A DNA stretch of 32,000 nucleotides from Patescibacteria group bacterium (lineage in GTDB: Bacteria > Patescibacteriota > UBA1384 > XYA2-FULL-43-10). Of the stretch, positions 8,035-16,223 are shown in pieces (the stretch's first letter is position 1; each line of letters begins with the position of its first letter). Both the position numbers and the translations under genes were made by a program. The notes beneath the pieces were generated by a model, which made no database searches, was not told where the DNA came from, and was given only the letters and a program-made list of their open reading frames with translations. Location of the stretch: the NCBI GenBank assembly GCA_041674405.1, contig JBAYVT010000004.1, positions 30,001-62,000 of the forward strand. The letters run 5' to 3'.

Positions 8035-9414
8035 ATGGAAATTAAAGCTGGGTTTTTGAAAAAAATCAGTCTAGTTCTCTCGATTTTGCTTTTAGCCATT
8101 CTTACATCAGGGTGCTCCATAAGATCTACGGGCACAACAGAATCAAAAGTTATAACCATATGGGGCTTTGAAGATGAGGATACTTGGAAGCCAACAATAG
8201 ACGAACTATCCCAAGGAAGCCTAAACGGATACGAAATAAACTACGTCAAAAAAACTCTCGACGCCAACTATGAGAATGATTCTTTGAATTCAATTATGTC
8301 TGGCCAAGGGCCAGATGTTTGGGCCATGCCAGCAGATTGGGTTTATCGACACAAAGACAAGCTGGCACCCATGCCAGATGATATGTTGAAAGACATTGAC
8401 CTGGATAATAAATTCGTCCCAGCCATCAAACAATCTCTTGATTTTGACGGGAAGCTTTATGGGCTTTCGCCGGTTGTTAACACCTTAATGCTGTATATAA
8501 ACAAATCAGTTACCGCCCAAGTTCTTTCCGAATTTAATCAATCCGATGCCGCGACTAATGCCGAACAAGCCGATAAGGTAAATACTCTCCTAAACTCAAC
8601 TCCGCAGACCTGGACCGAATTTGCCGACTTTGCAAATCTTGTTACCAAGAAAAATGGCGACCAAATTGTAAGAAGCGGTGTTGCCCTGGGTACAAGCCAG
8701 AACGTCACGATCTCCGAAGACCCTCTGTATGCGATGATGCTCCAAAATGGCACAGCCATGACATCTAACGACTTGCAAACCGCTACGTTTAACTTGCCTT
8801 CTTCGGGAGGATCAGACATACCGGGAAAAAGAGCTCTAGACTTCCTTGCAAGTTTTTCCAAACCGGGTTCTGCCAACTATTCCTGGAATGGAAGCATGCC
8901 GAAAGACATCGAGGCATTTGCAACCGGCAAAACTGCGATGGTATTTGCGTATGAATCTTTTGCGAATTACATGGATCAAAATTACCCAAATGTTGAATAT
9001 TCACAGTCGGCCCTTCCTCAAATTGGCGGGGCAGATGAAAAGATTGTGGATTTTGCGCGATTTAACGCCTTGGTGGTACCAGGATTAACAAAGTTTCCAC
9101 AAGAGGCATGGGAAGTTGTTTCTGCTGTTTCTACCGAACATGCTACCGATTTTTCTAGTGCACTAAAAATTACGACTTCACAAAAAGACAATGCTATGAT
9201 CAAAGTCCTGAAAGACCGGGCGGGAAACTCTGACGTCGGCAGCTTTCAGGCCCAAACCGCTGTTACATGGAACAAGGGGAGGTACCCACTAAATATCGAT
9301 AGCATTTTTACAACAATGATCAACAATGTTTCGTCAAGCGGACAAGATACAAAAGCCGCTCTCGACACAGCAGCATCACAGGTTACGCAAATATTAAGAA
9401 AAACCACATGGTAA
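8035..9414 (+). CDS. Extracellular solute-binding lipoprotein (ABC-type, family-1-like), orphan
   Basis: The signal peptide has the lipobox LTSGC. Size is 459 aa, with sugar-SBP-like motifs (ITIWGFEDED, GPDVWAMPADWV). No permease or ATPase gene is adjacent. Confidence 0.6.
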   Translation: MEIKAGFLKKISLVLSILLLAILTSGCSIRSTGTTESKVITIWGFEDEDTWKPTIDELSQGSLNGYEINYVKKTLDANYENDSLNSIMSGQGPDVWAMPADWVYRHKDKLAPMPDDMLKDIDLDNKFVPAIKQSLDFDGKLYGLSPVVNTLMLYINKSVTAQVLSEFNQSDAATNAEQADKVNTLLNSTPQTWTEFADFANLVTKKNGDQIVRSGVALGTSQNVTISEDPLYAMMLQNGTAMTSNDLQTATFNLPSSGGSDIPGKRALDFLASFSKPGSANYSWNGSMPKDIEAFATGKTAMVFAYESFANYMDQNYPNVEYSQSALPQIGGADEKIVDFARFNALVVPGLTKFPQEAWEVVSAVSTEHATDFSSALKITTSQKDNAMIKVLKDRAGNSDVGSFQAQTAVTWNKGRYPLNIDSIFTTMINNVSSSGQDTKAALDTAASQVTQILRKTTW

Positions 9415-9767
9415 AAATCAAAAAAACAAAAAAAACTGCTTTAATTTTCGCCGCCACCACATTGATCTCTGTGCTGCCCGGGTTTGCCAGCGCATTTACC
9501 ACCGGAGTTGCAATAAATGGCAAAACAACTTTCTCCAGTTATATGGACTGGATGAAATCAATTTTTGGCTTTGCCATGAAACTTGGAGCGGTTTTAACTA
9601 CCCTAATGATACTCTATGCCGCAATCAAATATATCACCTCGCAAGGCAATTCTAGTGCTACCAATGAAGCAAAGGACATAATTATCGGCAGCCTGTCCGG
9701 CTTCGCCATGCTGCTTCTCATTTATTTAATTCTTAATGTTTTGGGGCTAAAAAGCTTTGCGTTTTAG
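9408..9767 (+). CDS. VirB2/TrbC-like (T4SS-pilin-like) small membrane protein 1
   Basis: A signal peptide (PGFASA/FT) is followed by a two-TM hairpin, LMILYAAIKYITSQGNSSATNEAKDIIIGSLSGFAMLLLIYLI. The start overlaps the SBP stop (ATGGTAA). Confidence 0.65.
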   Translation: MVKIKKTKKTALIFAATTLISVLPGFASAFTTGVAINGKTTFSSYMDWMKSIFGFAMKLGAVLTTLMILYAAIKYITSQGNSSATNEAKDIIIGSLSGFAMLLLIYLILNVLGLKSFAF

Positions 9768-9776
9768 TTAGTTAAA

Positions 9777-11975
9777 ATGAAAAGTTATAAATTCATAAAA
9801 TCCATTTCTCGATACCTCATAGTTTTTGCTGTTTTTGCAACCGCTACCTCCGCCATGGTTTTTGCTGTGCAAAATAACCAGGTGGGCGCGGACACAACAA
9901 CAGGTGTCAATTCCGCTGCCACTTCTGGAACAAGCAGCACGGGAGTCTCATCCGGAAAGGATTCCTCAGACGCTAAAAAAACTATTTCCGCTACCCCTAA
10001 CTACAAAGTTGTTAAGTCATCTTCCGGTACCTCCGCCAAGATGGTCTTGGTTTCGGTCACAAATGAAGAAATTACTGGAGCTGATTATACAAACTCCACC
10101 ACCAGCTATGGCATTACAAAATCCAAAGACAGCGCTACATGCGAAAACATACTTTCCCTTGATGAATATTGTTACATTTTGACCTACAACCAAGAGTGGA
10201 TCAAGCCTTCGGTCATTGATCCGATAAGCCCATCCTGGATATTTCTTGAAGAAATAAAGGGCCGCGCGACCACAGCAAGTGACTCATCTTCTCTCACCAT
10301 TATTAACAATGCCGAAGCCAGTTTTGCTTCGACTGCGCTCCAGAAATGGGACGGAGTAGATCTCTCGCAAATATCTCAGGGCGACGGGCAGATTATCATT
10401 CGATCAGAGGCTTTTTTCGATGCACTTGACGCAGATAAATTGACCTCAACCGGGTCTTATGTCACCTATTCGGCACCACAAGACAAGAAAACCTCCAGTG
10501 GAACAACTTCGAAACAGCTCATTGTGAAACTGGCACCAGCGTATCCGGATGCAAAAGCTGAATCGCTATGGATGGACGCAATTGATTTCACTTTGGGATC
10601 TGTAATTATCCCCTGGCAAGAAACCTTTCATGTGGATTTGTCGGACAAAAAATTAGCGCTTGAGAATCATCGAAAGGCATATGCAAACTATGCTGATGTG
10701 GCATCGTCAAAAACAGATGTGAACGGAACAGCCTTGAAAATTTCCGGCCCGCAAAAAATCATTATTGGCACCGATGGCTCGGCAAAAACAGACGGCGGTT
10801 TCAGTGTCACCATTGATCCTACCAAATTTACCAAACCCGAGAGAGGATACAAAACCCAGGTGTATATTAAGCCAACTGTCAAAAATGGGGATGCTGTTTT
10901 CACTTATTTACAATCTACCGATCCGGCCGCAACGTCATTTCCCTTTACTTGGTCTGCGATTGCCACAAATCCTTATGCCACCTCTATTCTCGCCGATGGT
11001 TCAGTAAAAACATATGACGATAGTGAGATCAAAGCTAATGGAATAATGTCTTACGAAAAAAATTATCCGCAGTCATACACCGTCACCGCCATCACATACA
11101 ATCAAGATGATTCGGAAAAAGAGAGAGTCGTTATGACTTTCGATACGATCGGCGATTCTTCATTTACCGAAGCACCGAAGGTTGGTTCGGGCAATATCAC
11201 AAATGGGCATATCTCGATTTCTGTCCCACAAAACACATTCACTAAAGCTGACAGGCAGCCAGTTCATTACACGATTCAGCTCGCAGATACAAACAATCCT
11301 AAAAAAATGAAAAAGATTGTTGTCTGGACATGCGGAGGAACAGCATCTGCAACAATAGCAGGGGATTCAAGCAACTGCGTCGGCACAGGAAATATCGAGC
11401 AAACAATCGCTGCATTTATAATGAGCGACATTCGCCCAGCCGACAAGCCAACCTGGAAAGAACTTGCATATGATGAAAACGGAGAGGCTACTCTTCAGGG
11501 CGATTGGGATATTTCGGGTACAAATGTCGGCACATTTTCCTTGATGGCCAAGGCACATAGTGCCAATTCGGATGATTCGGGCGGTATGGCTTCATATGTT
11601 CCCGGCAGCAAAGTTGCCGTCACCGTGAGCATAACCGATTCGAAACTCAATGATGGAGGTGGTTTAGATACTAAGTTTACCGACCTCCTCAAGCTCGGGA
11701 AAAAAGCATCATCAAATGCCAGAGGGTCTTCAATTACAGACTTAACAGGGGCAGCCACCAGGGTTGTAAATATAATTTTGTCTGCCCTCAGTGCGATTTG
11801 CGTGTTGGCAATAATAATCGGCGGAATACAATACATCTCATCAGGGGGAGATCCGGCCAAAGCTGAAAAGGGCAAAAAAACTGTTATCTATGCTGTTTAT
11901 GGAATCGTTTTAGCAATATTAGGATTTTTTATTGAATATGTGGTTATTGACTTAATTCACCAAATACTAAAATGA
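9777..11975 (+). CDS. Large Ser/Thr-rich surface protein with a C-terminal VirB2/TrbC-like pilin module
   Basis: It has an N-terminal signal/anchor, the low-complexity stretch TTTGVNSAATSGTSSTGVSSG, about 640 aa of unrecognised ectodomain, then ICVLAIIIGGIQYISSGGDPAKAEKGKKTVIYAVYGIVLAILGFF, which is paralogous to the three small neighbours. Confidence 0.6.
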   Translation: MKSYKFIKSISRYLIVFAVFATATSAMVFAVQNNQVGADTTTGVNSAATSGTSSTGVSSGKDSSDAKKTISATPNYKVVKSSSGTSAKMVLVSVTNEEITGADYTNSTTSYGITKSKDSATCENILSLDEYCYILTYNQEWIKPSVIDPISPSWIFLEEIKGRATTASDSSSLTIINNAEASFASTALQKWDGVDLSQISQGDGQIIIRSEAFFDALDADKLTSTGSYVTYSAPQDKKTSSGTTSKQLIVKLAPAYPDAKAESLWMDAIDFTLGSVIIPWQETFHVDLSDKKLALENHRKAYANYADVASSKTDVNGTALKISGPQKIIIGTDGSAKTDGGFSVTIDPTKFTKPERGYKTQVYIKPTVKNGDAVFTYLQSTDPAATSFPFTWSAIATNPYATSILADGSVKTYDDSEIKANGIMSYEKNYPQSYTVTAITYNQDDSEKERVVMTFDTIGDSSFTEAPKVGSGNITNGHISISVPQNTFTKADRQPVHYTIQLADTNNPKKMKKIVVWTCGGTASATIAGDSSNCVGTGNIEQTIAAFIMSDIRPADKPTWKELAYDENGEATLQGDWDISGTNVGTFSLMAKAHSANSDDSGGMASYVPGSKVAVTVSITDSKLNDGGGLDTKFTDLLKLGKKASSNARGSSITDLTGAATRVVNIILSALSAICVLAIIIGGIQYISSGGDPAKAEKGKKTVIYAVYGIVLAILGFFIEYVVIDLIHQILK

Positions 11976-12283
11976 TGCATAAAATTATTTCTATCGCTAT
12001 GGCTGCGGATGACCTTAAGCTGCCGGAGAAATCTGGTGGCACAGAGGCTGATCTTGGCACTGTTCTTGGCTTTCTTGAAAAAATTATTTCTATTGCCATG
12101 GATATCGCCATAATCCTCGGTGTTATTATGATTTTTGTTTCCGCCTTTATATATGCAAGCTCTTTCGGCGAAGAATCCAAGGCAGAAACTGCCAAAAAGA
12201 CTCTTTTGTGGGCAGTTATCGGAACAGGCGTAGCATTCTTGGCAAAGATTATTGTTGACAACCTTGATCTGCTTTTGGGTTAG
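11972..12283 (+). CDS. VirB2/TrbC-like (T4SS-pilin-like) small membrane protein 2
   Basis: IMIFVSAFIYASSFGEESKAETAKKTLLWAVIGTGVAFLA is the same two-TM module. It has an ATGA overlap with the upstream gene. The segment KIISIAM occurs twice. Confidence 0.6.
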   Translation: MMHKIISIAMAADDLKLPEKSGGTEADLGTVLGFLEKIISIAMDIAIILGVIMIFVSAFIYASSFGEESKAETAKKTLLWAVIGTGVAFLAKIIVDNLDLLLG

Positions 12284-12300
12284 CGCATCAATAATGTTAT

Positions 12301-12329
12301 TTGACAAGCAAAAAATATGTGCTTAAAAT
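12301..12329 (+). promoter_or_regulatory. Sigma70-type promoter TTGACA-N17-TAAAAT for the last pilin-like gene
   Basis: TTGACA at 12301-12306 and TAAAAT at 12324-12329. A GGAGGG SD precedes the ATG at 12367. Confidence 0.6.
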
Positions 12330-12366
12330 TGTTCTTAGTGGACTTAAATAATAAGACGGAGGGCGA

Positions 12367-12684
12367 ATGAATTTAGTAGAAAAGGCGTACGCGGTTAGCA
12401 AAAACCAGTGGACTGGTTTGCTAAACCCAACAGCCACCACTTCGGGAAACTGGCAAGATATTGTTAATAACGTTATTAACATTGTCTTGATGGTAGCTGG
12501 TGCATTAGCGGTTATTTATCTAATCTATTCTGGCATTCTCTACATTACTGCGGCAGGTAATCCGGATTCAGCCAAAAAGGGTCAGCAAGGCATTATCAAT
12601 GCTGTGATCGGTATTGTGATCATCGTTGCCGCATTCTTCATCGTCAGAGCAGCAATGGGTCTTGCTGGGCAAGCTACAAAATAA
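12367..12684 (+). CDS. VirB2/TrbC-like (T4SS-pilin-like) small membrane protein 3, with its own promoter
   Basis: ALAVIYLIYSGILYITAAGNPDSAKKGQQGIINAVIGIVIIVAAFFIV is the cleanest copy of the shared module. Confidence 0.65.
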   Translation: MNLVEKAYAVSKNQWTGLLNPTATTSGNWQDIVNNVINIVLMVAGALAVIYLIYSGILYITAAGNPDSAKKGQQGIINAVIGIVIIVAAFFIVRAAMGLAGQATK

Positions 12685-12694
12685 GATCAATTGG

Positions 12695-14359
12695 TTAATC
12701 TTTCGTTACGCGCCAGACTTCTTCTGCAGTCGTAACGCCCGATAAAACTTTTGAAAGTCCGTCCTGTTCCATGGTAATCATGCCTGAAGACAGGGCGGCT
12801 TTTGTAAATTCCGAGAGTCCGGCTTTTTCGAATAATAGTTTATCGATTGACTCGTTTGGAACAAGCACTTCAATAATTACTTGCCGGCCAGAAAACCCGA
12901 CATTTCTACATTTTCCACATCCTTTTCCGCGTTTTAGCTTGGGAGCGGCACTTGATAACAAATTTTGGGATGCAGGATCCAATAATTTTTGAATAGGCAA
13001 CAAAGAGTCTTGAATTTCTTTCCAGACTTCAGGGCTGGGAGTATATTCCTCGGCACAAGCCGGGCATATTCTGCGCACGAGCCGCTGAGCCATAACCAAG
13101 TTTATTGATCCTGACAAGAGGAATGGTTTTACGCCAATATCAAGCAATCGGACAAAAACTCCGGGTGCAGAGTTGGCGTGAATAGTAGAGAGCAGCAAAT
13201 GGCCCGTCATGGCAGCCTGTATCGCAATTTCCGCCGTTTCGGTGTCTCTTACCTCCCCTACCATTAAAATGTCAGGATCTTGGCGCAGAGAGGCTCTAAG
13301 ACCCAAGGCGAAGGTATATCCCTCCTCTTTTTCAACCTGGCTCTGCTCCACACCGGGAATGTGATACTCGACAGGATCCTCAAGAGTGATTATTTTTACA
13401 TTTGACTTATTGAGCTCATGTAAAATTGCATAAAGCGTAGAGGATTTACCTGAACCGGTCGGTCCAGAAGTTAGAATCATCCCATGCGGCTTCGAAATTG
13501 CTGCCTCGATTACAGATAGCGCATCGGGCCTTATGCCCAAGTTCTTTAGGCTCAAGATTGACCCAGTTTGGCGGAGCAATCGGATTACAACGCTCTCTCC
13601 GTCAGCTGAAGGTAAGGTAGACACTCTTAAATCGATTGGCTCCTCTCCAAACTTGAAAGAAAACCTGCCGTCCTGCGGTTCGATGGCATTATCCATTTTT
13701 AGTTTCGATAAAAATTTTATTCTGGATAAAAGTGACTTATACTGGGACATCGGAAGAGACACGACGTTTTGCAAAACCCCGTCAATTCTGTATCGAATAA
13801 TGAATTCTTTTTCTGTCGGCTCAAGGTGGATATCTGATGCATTTGTTTTTGCTGCTCCGGTCATAATTACCTCGAGGAGATGGGTAGTTGATACGCTTCT
13901 GGCGACACTGGCAGCTGATTCTAAATCTTTAATCTCTTCCGTAAAGTTTTGCCCGGATTCTTTCGTTTCTTCGGCTTTCTTTTTTTCCTCTTTTTCTTTG
14001 TTTTCATAAGCCAGAATGCCGTAAAACAGGCTTGCTTTCGAAATTAATGATTTCACAAATTTCAATTTCGATGTTCTCTCAAGCTCGGCTAGATAAGATG
14101 CCATGGCATCATCCGAAGGGTTGGCTGTGCCAATTTTTACCGTAGACCCGATCTTTAAGTAAGGAATAATTTGAAACCTCAAGGCGATTTCCTTTGAAAT
14201 CAAATTTAAAATCTCCGGCGCAATCGGATAATTTGAGAGATTTATATATGGCAAATTCAGCTTTTTTGCCAATTCTTGGGTATGTCTCTCCTCCTGCTCG
14301 CGGTTGAGGTAAAAAATTGTCTTATTAAGATCAGGCAAGTTCCCTCCGGTCAAAAACAA
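12695..14359 (-). CDS. PilB/GspE-family secretion/pilus assembly ATPase
   Basis: It has an N-terminal T2SSE_N-like domain, Walker A GPTGSGKSST, the Asp/His box region, and a tetracysteine CPAC...CGKC motif. The start (TTG at 14359) is uncertain. Confidence 0.88.
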   Translation of the reverse strand: MFLTGGNLPDLNKTIFYLNREQEERHTQELAKKLNLPYINLSNYPIAPEILNLISKEIALRFQIIPYLKIGSTVKIGTANPSDDAMASYLAELERTSKLKFVKSLISKASLFYGILAYENKEKEEKKKAEETKESGQNFTEEIKDLESAASVARSVSTTHLLEVIMTGAAKTNASDIHLEPTEKEFIIRYRIDGVLQNVVSLPMSQYKSLLSRIKFLSKLKMDNAIEPQDGRFSFKFGEEPIDLRVSTLPSADGESVVIRLLRQTGSILSLKNLGIRPDALSVIEAAISKPHGMILTSGPTGSGKSSTLYAILHELNKSNVKIITLEDPVEYHIPGVEQSQVEKEEGYTFALGLRASLRQDPDILMVGEVRDTETAEIAIQAAMTGHLLLSTIHANSAPGVFVRLLDIGVKPFLLSGSINLVMAQRLVRRICPACAEEYTPSPEVWKEIQDSLLPIQKLLDPASQNLLSSAAPKLKRGKGCGKCRNVGFSGRQVIIEVLVPNESIDKLLFEKAGLSEFTKAALSSGMITMEQDGLSKVLSGVTTAEEVWRVTKD

Positions 14360-14464
14360 AAGTCAAAAATATGCAAATTTAGTTCAATTATAGAACACCC
14401 GGACAAATAATACCAATGGACAATTTCGGGCAAAGATGATAATGTTTGAGTCTGAAGACCTTAC

Positions 14465-14554
14465 GGTGAGGTGCTAGAGTGGTTGAATAGGCCGGTCTCG
14501 AAAACCGGTATGCCCGCAAGGGTATCGTGGGTTCAAATCCCACCCTCACCGCCA
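14465..14554 (+). tRNA. tRNA-Ser (anticodon CGA)
   Basis: GGTGAGG..CCGGT-CTCGAAA-ACCGG..long variable arm..GTGGG-TTCAAAT-CCCAC-CCTCACC-G-CCA. Confidence 0.92.
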
Positions 14555-14646
14555 TCCCACGTTGCCCGATTTATCGGGCTATGCGGGATGAAGAACAGAA
14601 TTTGAACGGGAAGGGGTCGGGAAACGGGAGTTTCCCGCTTCGGAAA
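14555..14646 (+). repeat. tRNA-Ser-trailing conserved element, copy 2
   Basis: tcCCACGTtGCCCGATTtaTCGGGCTATGCGG...ATTtgAACGGGAAGGgGTCGGGAAA (block 2 at 14600-24), then the hairpin GGGAAAC-GGGA-GTTTCCC. It parallels 2620-2727 on the minus strand. Confidence 0.7.
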
Positions 14647-14675
14647 AAACTAAAAACCGAGGGTTTTTAGAAGCT

Positions 14676-14726
14676 TGTCTCGAGGAACCGAGAGGCGAAG
14701 CGCTCGAAATCCCACCCTCACCGCCA
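14676..14726 (+). pseudogene. Degenerate duplicate of the 3' half of tRNA-Ser(CGA)
   Basis: A perfect 20-nt repeat, AAATCCCACCCTCACCGCCA, occurs at 14707-14726 and at 14535-14554. Upstream, GTCTCGA echoes the anticodon-loop region. There is no 5' half and no T-stem partner. Confidence 0.75.
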
Positions 14727-14751
14727 TTTGACGAGTTTATATCTCCAACTG

Positions 14752-14784
14752 AAAAAGCCGGCGCAAACTTCACGCCGACTTTTT
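14752..14784 (-). terminator. Hairpin terminator downstream of the GC-rich methyltransferase gene
   Basis: AAAAAGCCGGCG (14752-63) pairs with CGCCGACTTTTT (14773-84) with one mismatch. A/T runs on both sides make it potentially bidirectional. Confidence 0.65.
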
Positions 14785-14797
14785 AGTTCCTCACCTC

Positions 14798-15517
14798 CTA
14801 TTTCACCGCGCAGATTATGTCGTAGTTGGGCTCTGCCGCAAGGTTTGGTCTCAAGACTCTCTTCACCCCTAGCCCCCGAACAAGCCCTTCCATTTCGTTT
14901 GGCGCAAGCAAATACGAAAGTGAGCGGTTCTGGAACTGCTGCCCGCGAACGATACCCTTCCCCTCTATCACCCGCGTTCGCCGAAACCAATCGTGGGTGA
15001 TGTCAACCGCCATGCTGTAGCCGAGGAAGGAAAGGTTCAGGTGACCACCACCCTGATCAATCTCGTGCTGTGAGATCGTGTCGAGGTAGAGAAGTCCGCC
15101 GCTTTTTAAGGCAGCGAGCATTTCTTTTAGGCTTCTTCCGATCTCCATGCGACACCGACCAGGATCGAAGATATCGCCCTTCCCCCAGCCCCCCACGTTT
15201 GTTAAGCTGTTACCTCTGCATATCACAGCGTCGAAAGTCCTGGCCAGCTCGCGAGCCTTCCGCCAATCCAGTTTGCGAAACTCAATCGCCGGATGGCTGT
15301 GGCGAGCAGTGGCGATGTCGATCATCTCTTCGTCCGCATCGATCCCGACCCCTGTAAAGCCGCGCTCTGCTAAACCGTGCAGCACATGCCCACCGCCGCA
15401 TCCACACTCGATGATTGTTCTGACGCCGAGTTCCCGCAGTAAATCCGCTAGTTCTTTGATGAACTCCGAGCCATACATCAGCTCGGACAAGATTACCCAC
15501 TGCTGTGACAGAGTCAC
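14798..15517 (-). CDS. Class I SAM-dependent methyltransferase, glycine/sarcosine-N-methyltransferase-like (GC-rich)
   Basis: Motif I is IIECGCGGGHVLHGLAERGF. FDAVICRGNSLTNV and LKSGGLLYLD resemble the remembered GNMT-type post-I/III motifs. The GTG start overlaps the upstream stop (GTGA). Confidence 0.75.
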   Translation of the reverse strand: MTLSQQWVILSELMYGSEFIKELADLLRELGVRTIIECGCGGGHVLHGLAERGFTGVGIDADEEMIDIATARHSHPAIEFRKLDWRKARELARTFDAVICRGNSLTNVGGWGKGDIFDPGRCRMEIGRSLKEMLAALKSGGLLYLDTISQHEIDQGGGHLNLSFLGYSMAVDITHDWFRRTRVIEGKGIVRGQQFQNRSLSYLLAPNEMEGLVRGLGVKRVLRPNLAAEPNYDIICAVK

Positions 15518-16158
15518 GTGCCTTCAACCTCCTTCATCATGATCACTCGCAGGCCTCCTGTTGCTGCGTCCTCCGGAATAAAATCCGGAGCTATCCAGAG
15601 AAACTTACCCCCAAGCCGGTAGTAGAAGGCCAAGAGCGGGTCGAGGCAAAGTTCGCGATCAGTAGGAAAGGGCCCTCCCGCGAGATGTCGATCTATCGCC
15701 TCCTTGAACGCGGGCCTTTGTCTAATCCCTTCTCTTGGGCTTCCATTGTAGGAGGCCGGCCTCCCGTCAGCTATTCCAAGGATGCAACCATCCGACTTAA
15801 TTCGACCAAGCATAGCTTGCGCCAGTAATACTGCTGTGCGGGCATTGCGATACTTATCCTGCACGTTGAGGTTGTAGACGAAGGCACAATCATGGCTGGT
15901 CTCCATCGGCATCGTCGAGAACTCCCCAAAGTTTCTGGAAAATGCTTTGGGATCACTCGGATAAAACCGGGAGTAGGAAAAGCAGATTTTCCCAACCAGC
16001 TCCCCGTCCAGTCTGGCCCCAAGCATGATGTGTCCAAGGCGCAGCCGCTGCTCGATCAGCTCACGGCTGGCGCGCAGATAGGGCGGGAACGACAGGTTCT
16101 CGTCTTCGAGGATTTCGTCCAAATCCTCGAAAGACAACTCGACTATCATCGTGTCCAT
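15514..16158 (-). CDS. GNAT-fold acyltransferase-like protein (GC-rich), start revised
   Basis: The track ORF runs to 16299, but its first 47 codons lie in the AT-rich spacer. The ATG at 16158 (MDTMIVELSFEDL) is preceded by AAAGGAGG. The central VYNLNVQDKYRNARTAVLLAQAM resembles a GNAT beta4-alpha3 region. The family assignment is tentative. Confidence 0.5.
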   Translation of the reverse strand: MDTMIVELSFEDLDEILEDENLSFPPYLRASRELIEQRLRLGHIMLGARLDGELVGKICFSYSRFYPSDPKAFSRNFGEFSTMPMETSHDCAFVYNLNVQDKYRNARTAVLLAQAMLGRIKSDGCILGIADGRPASYNGSPREGIRQRPAFKEAIDRHLAGGPFPTDRELCLDPLLAFYYRLGGKFLWIAPDFIPEDAATGGLRVIMMKEVEGT

Positions 16159-16193
16159 AATGTCTCGCCTCCTTTGGATTCTTCGAAACAAAA

Positions 16194-16223
16194 AATTATC
16201 CCTCCGTCTTGGCAGGATGTCAA
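16194..16223 (-). promoter_or_regulatory. Sigma70-type promoter TTGACA-N18-ATAATT for the GC-rich two-gene operon
   Basis: On the minus strand, TTGACA is the complement of 16218-16223 and ATAATT is the complement of 16194-16199. The promoter lies in the divergent spacer shared with the TrmB-like regulator gene. Confidence 0.55.

Noticed and set aside
13533-14009. 158-aa plus-strand ORF antisense to the PilB/GspE ATPase
   Set aside because: It is a shadow ORF inside a gene with clear Walker motifs, and it has no recognisable features of its own.
14718-15542. Multiple alternative-frame ORFs inside the first GC-rich block (14718-14990, 14728-15000, 15070-15357, 15147-15542, 15282-15527)
   Set aside because: High G+C suppresses stop codons in all frames. 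These are Arg/Pro/Ser-rich and overlap the methyltransferase frame, which has real motifs.
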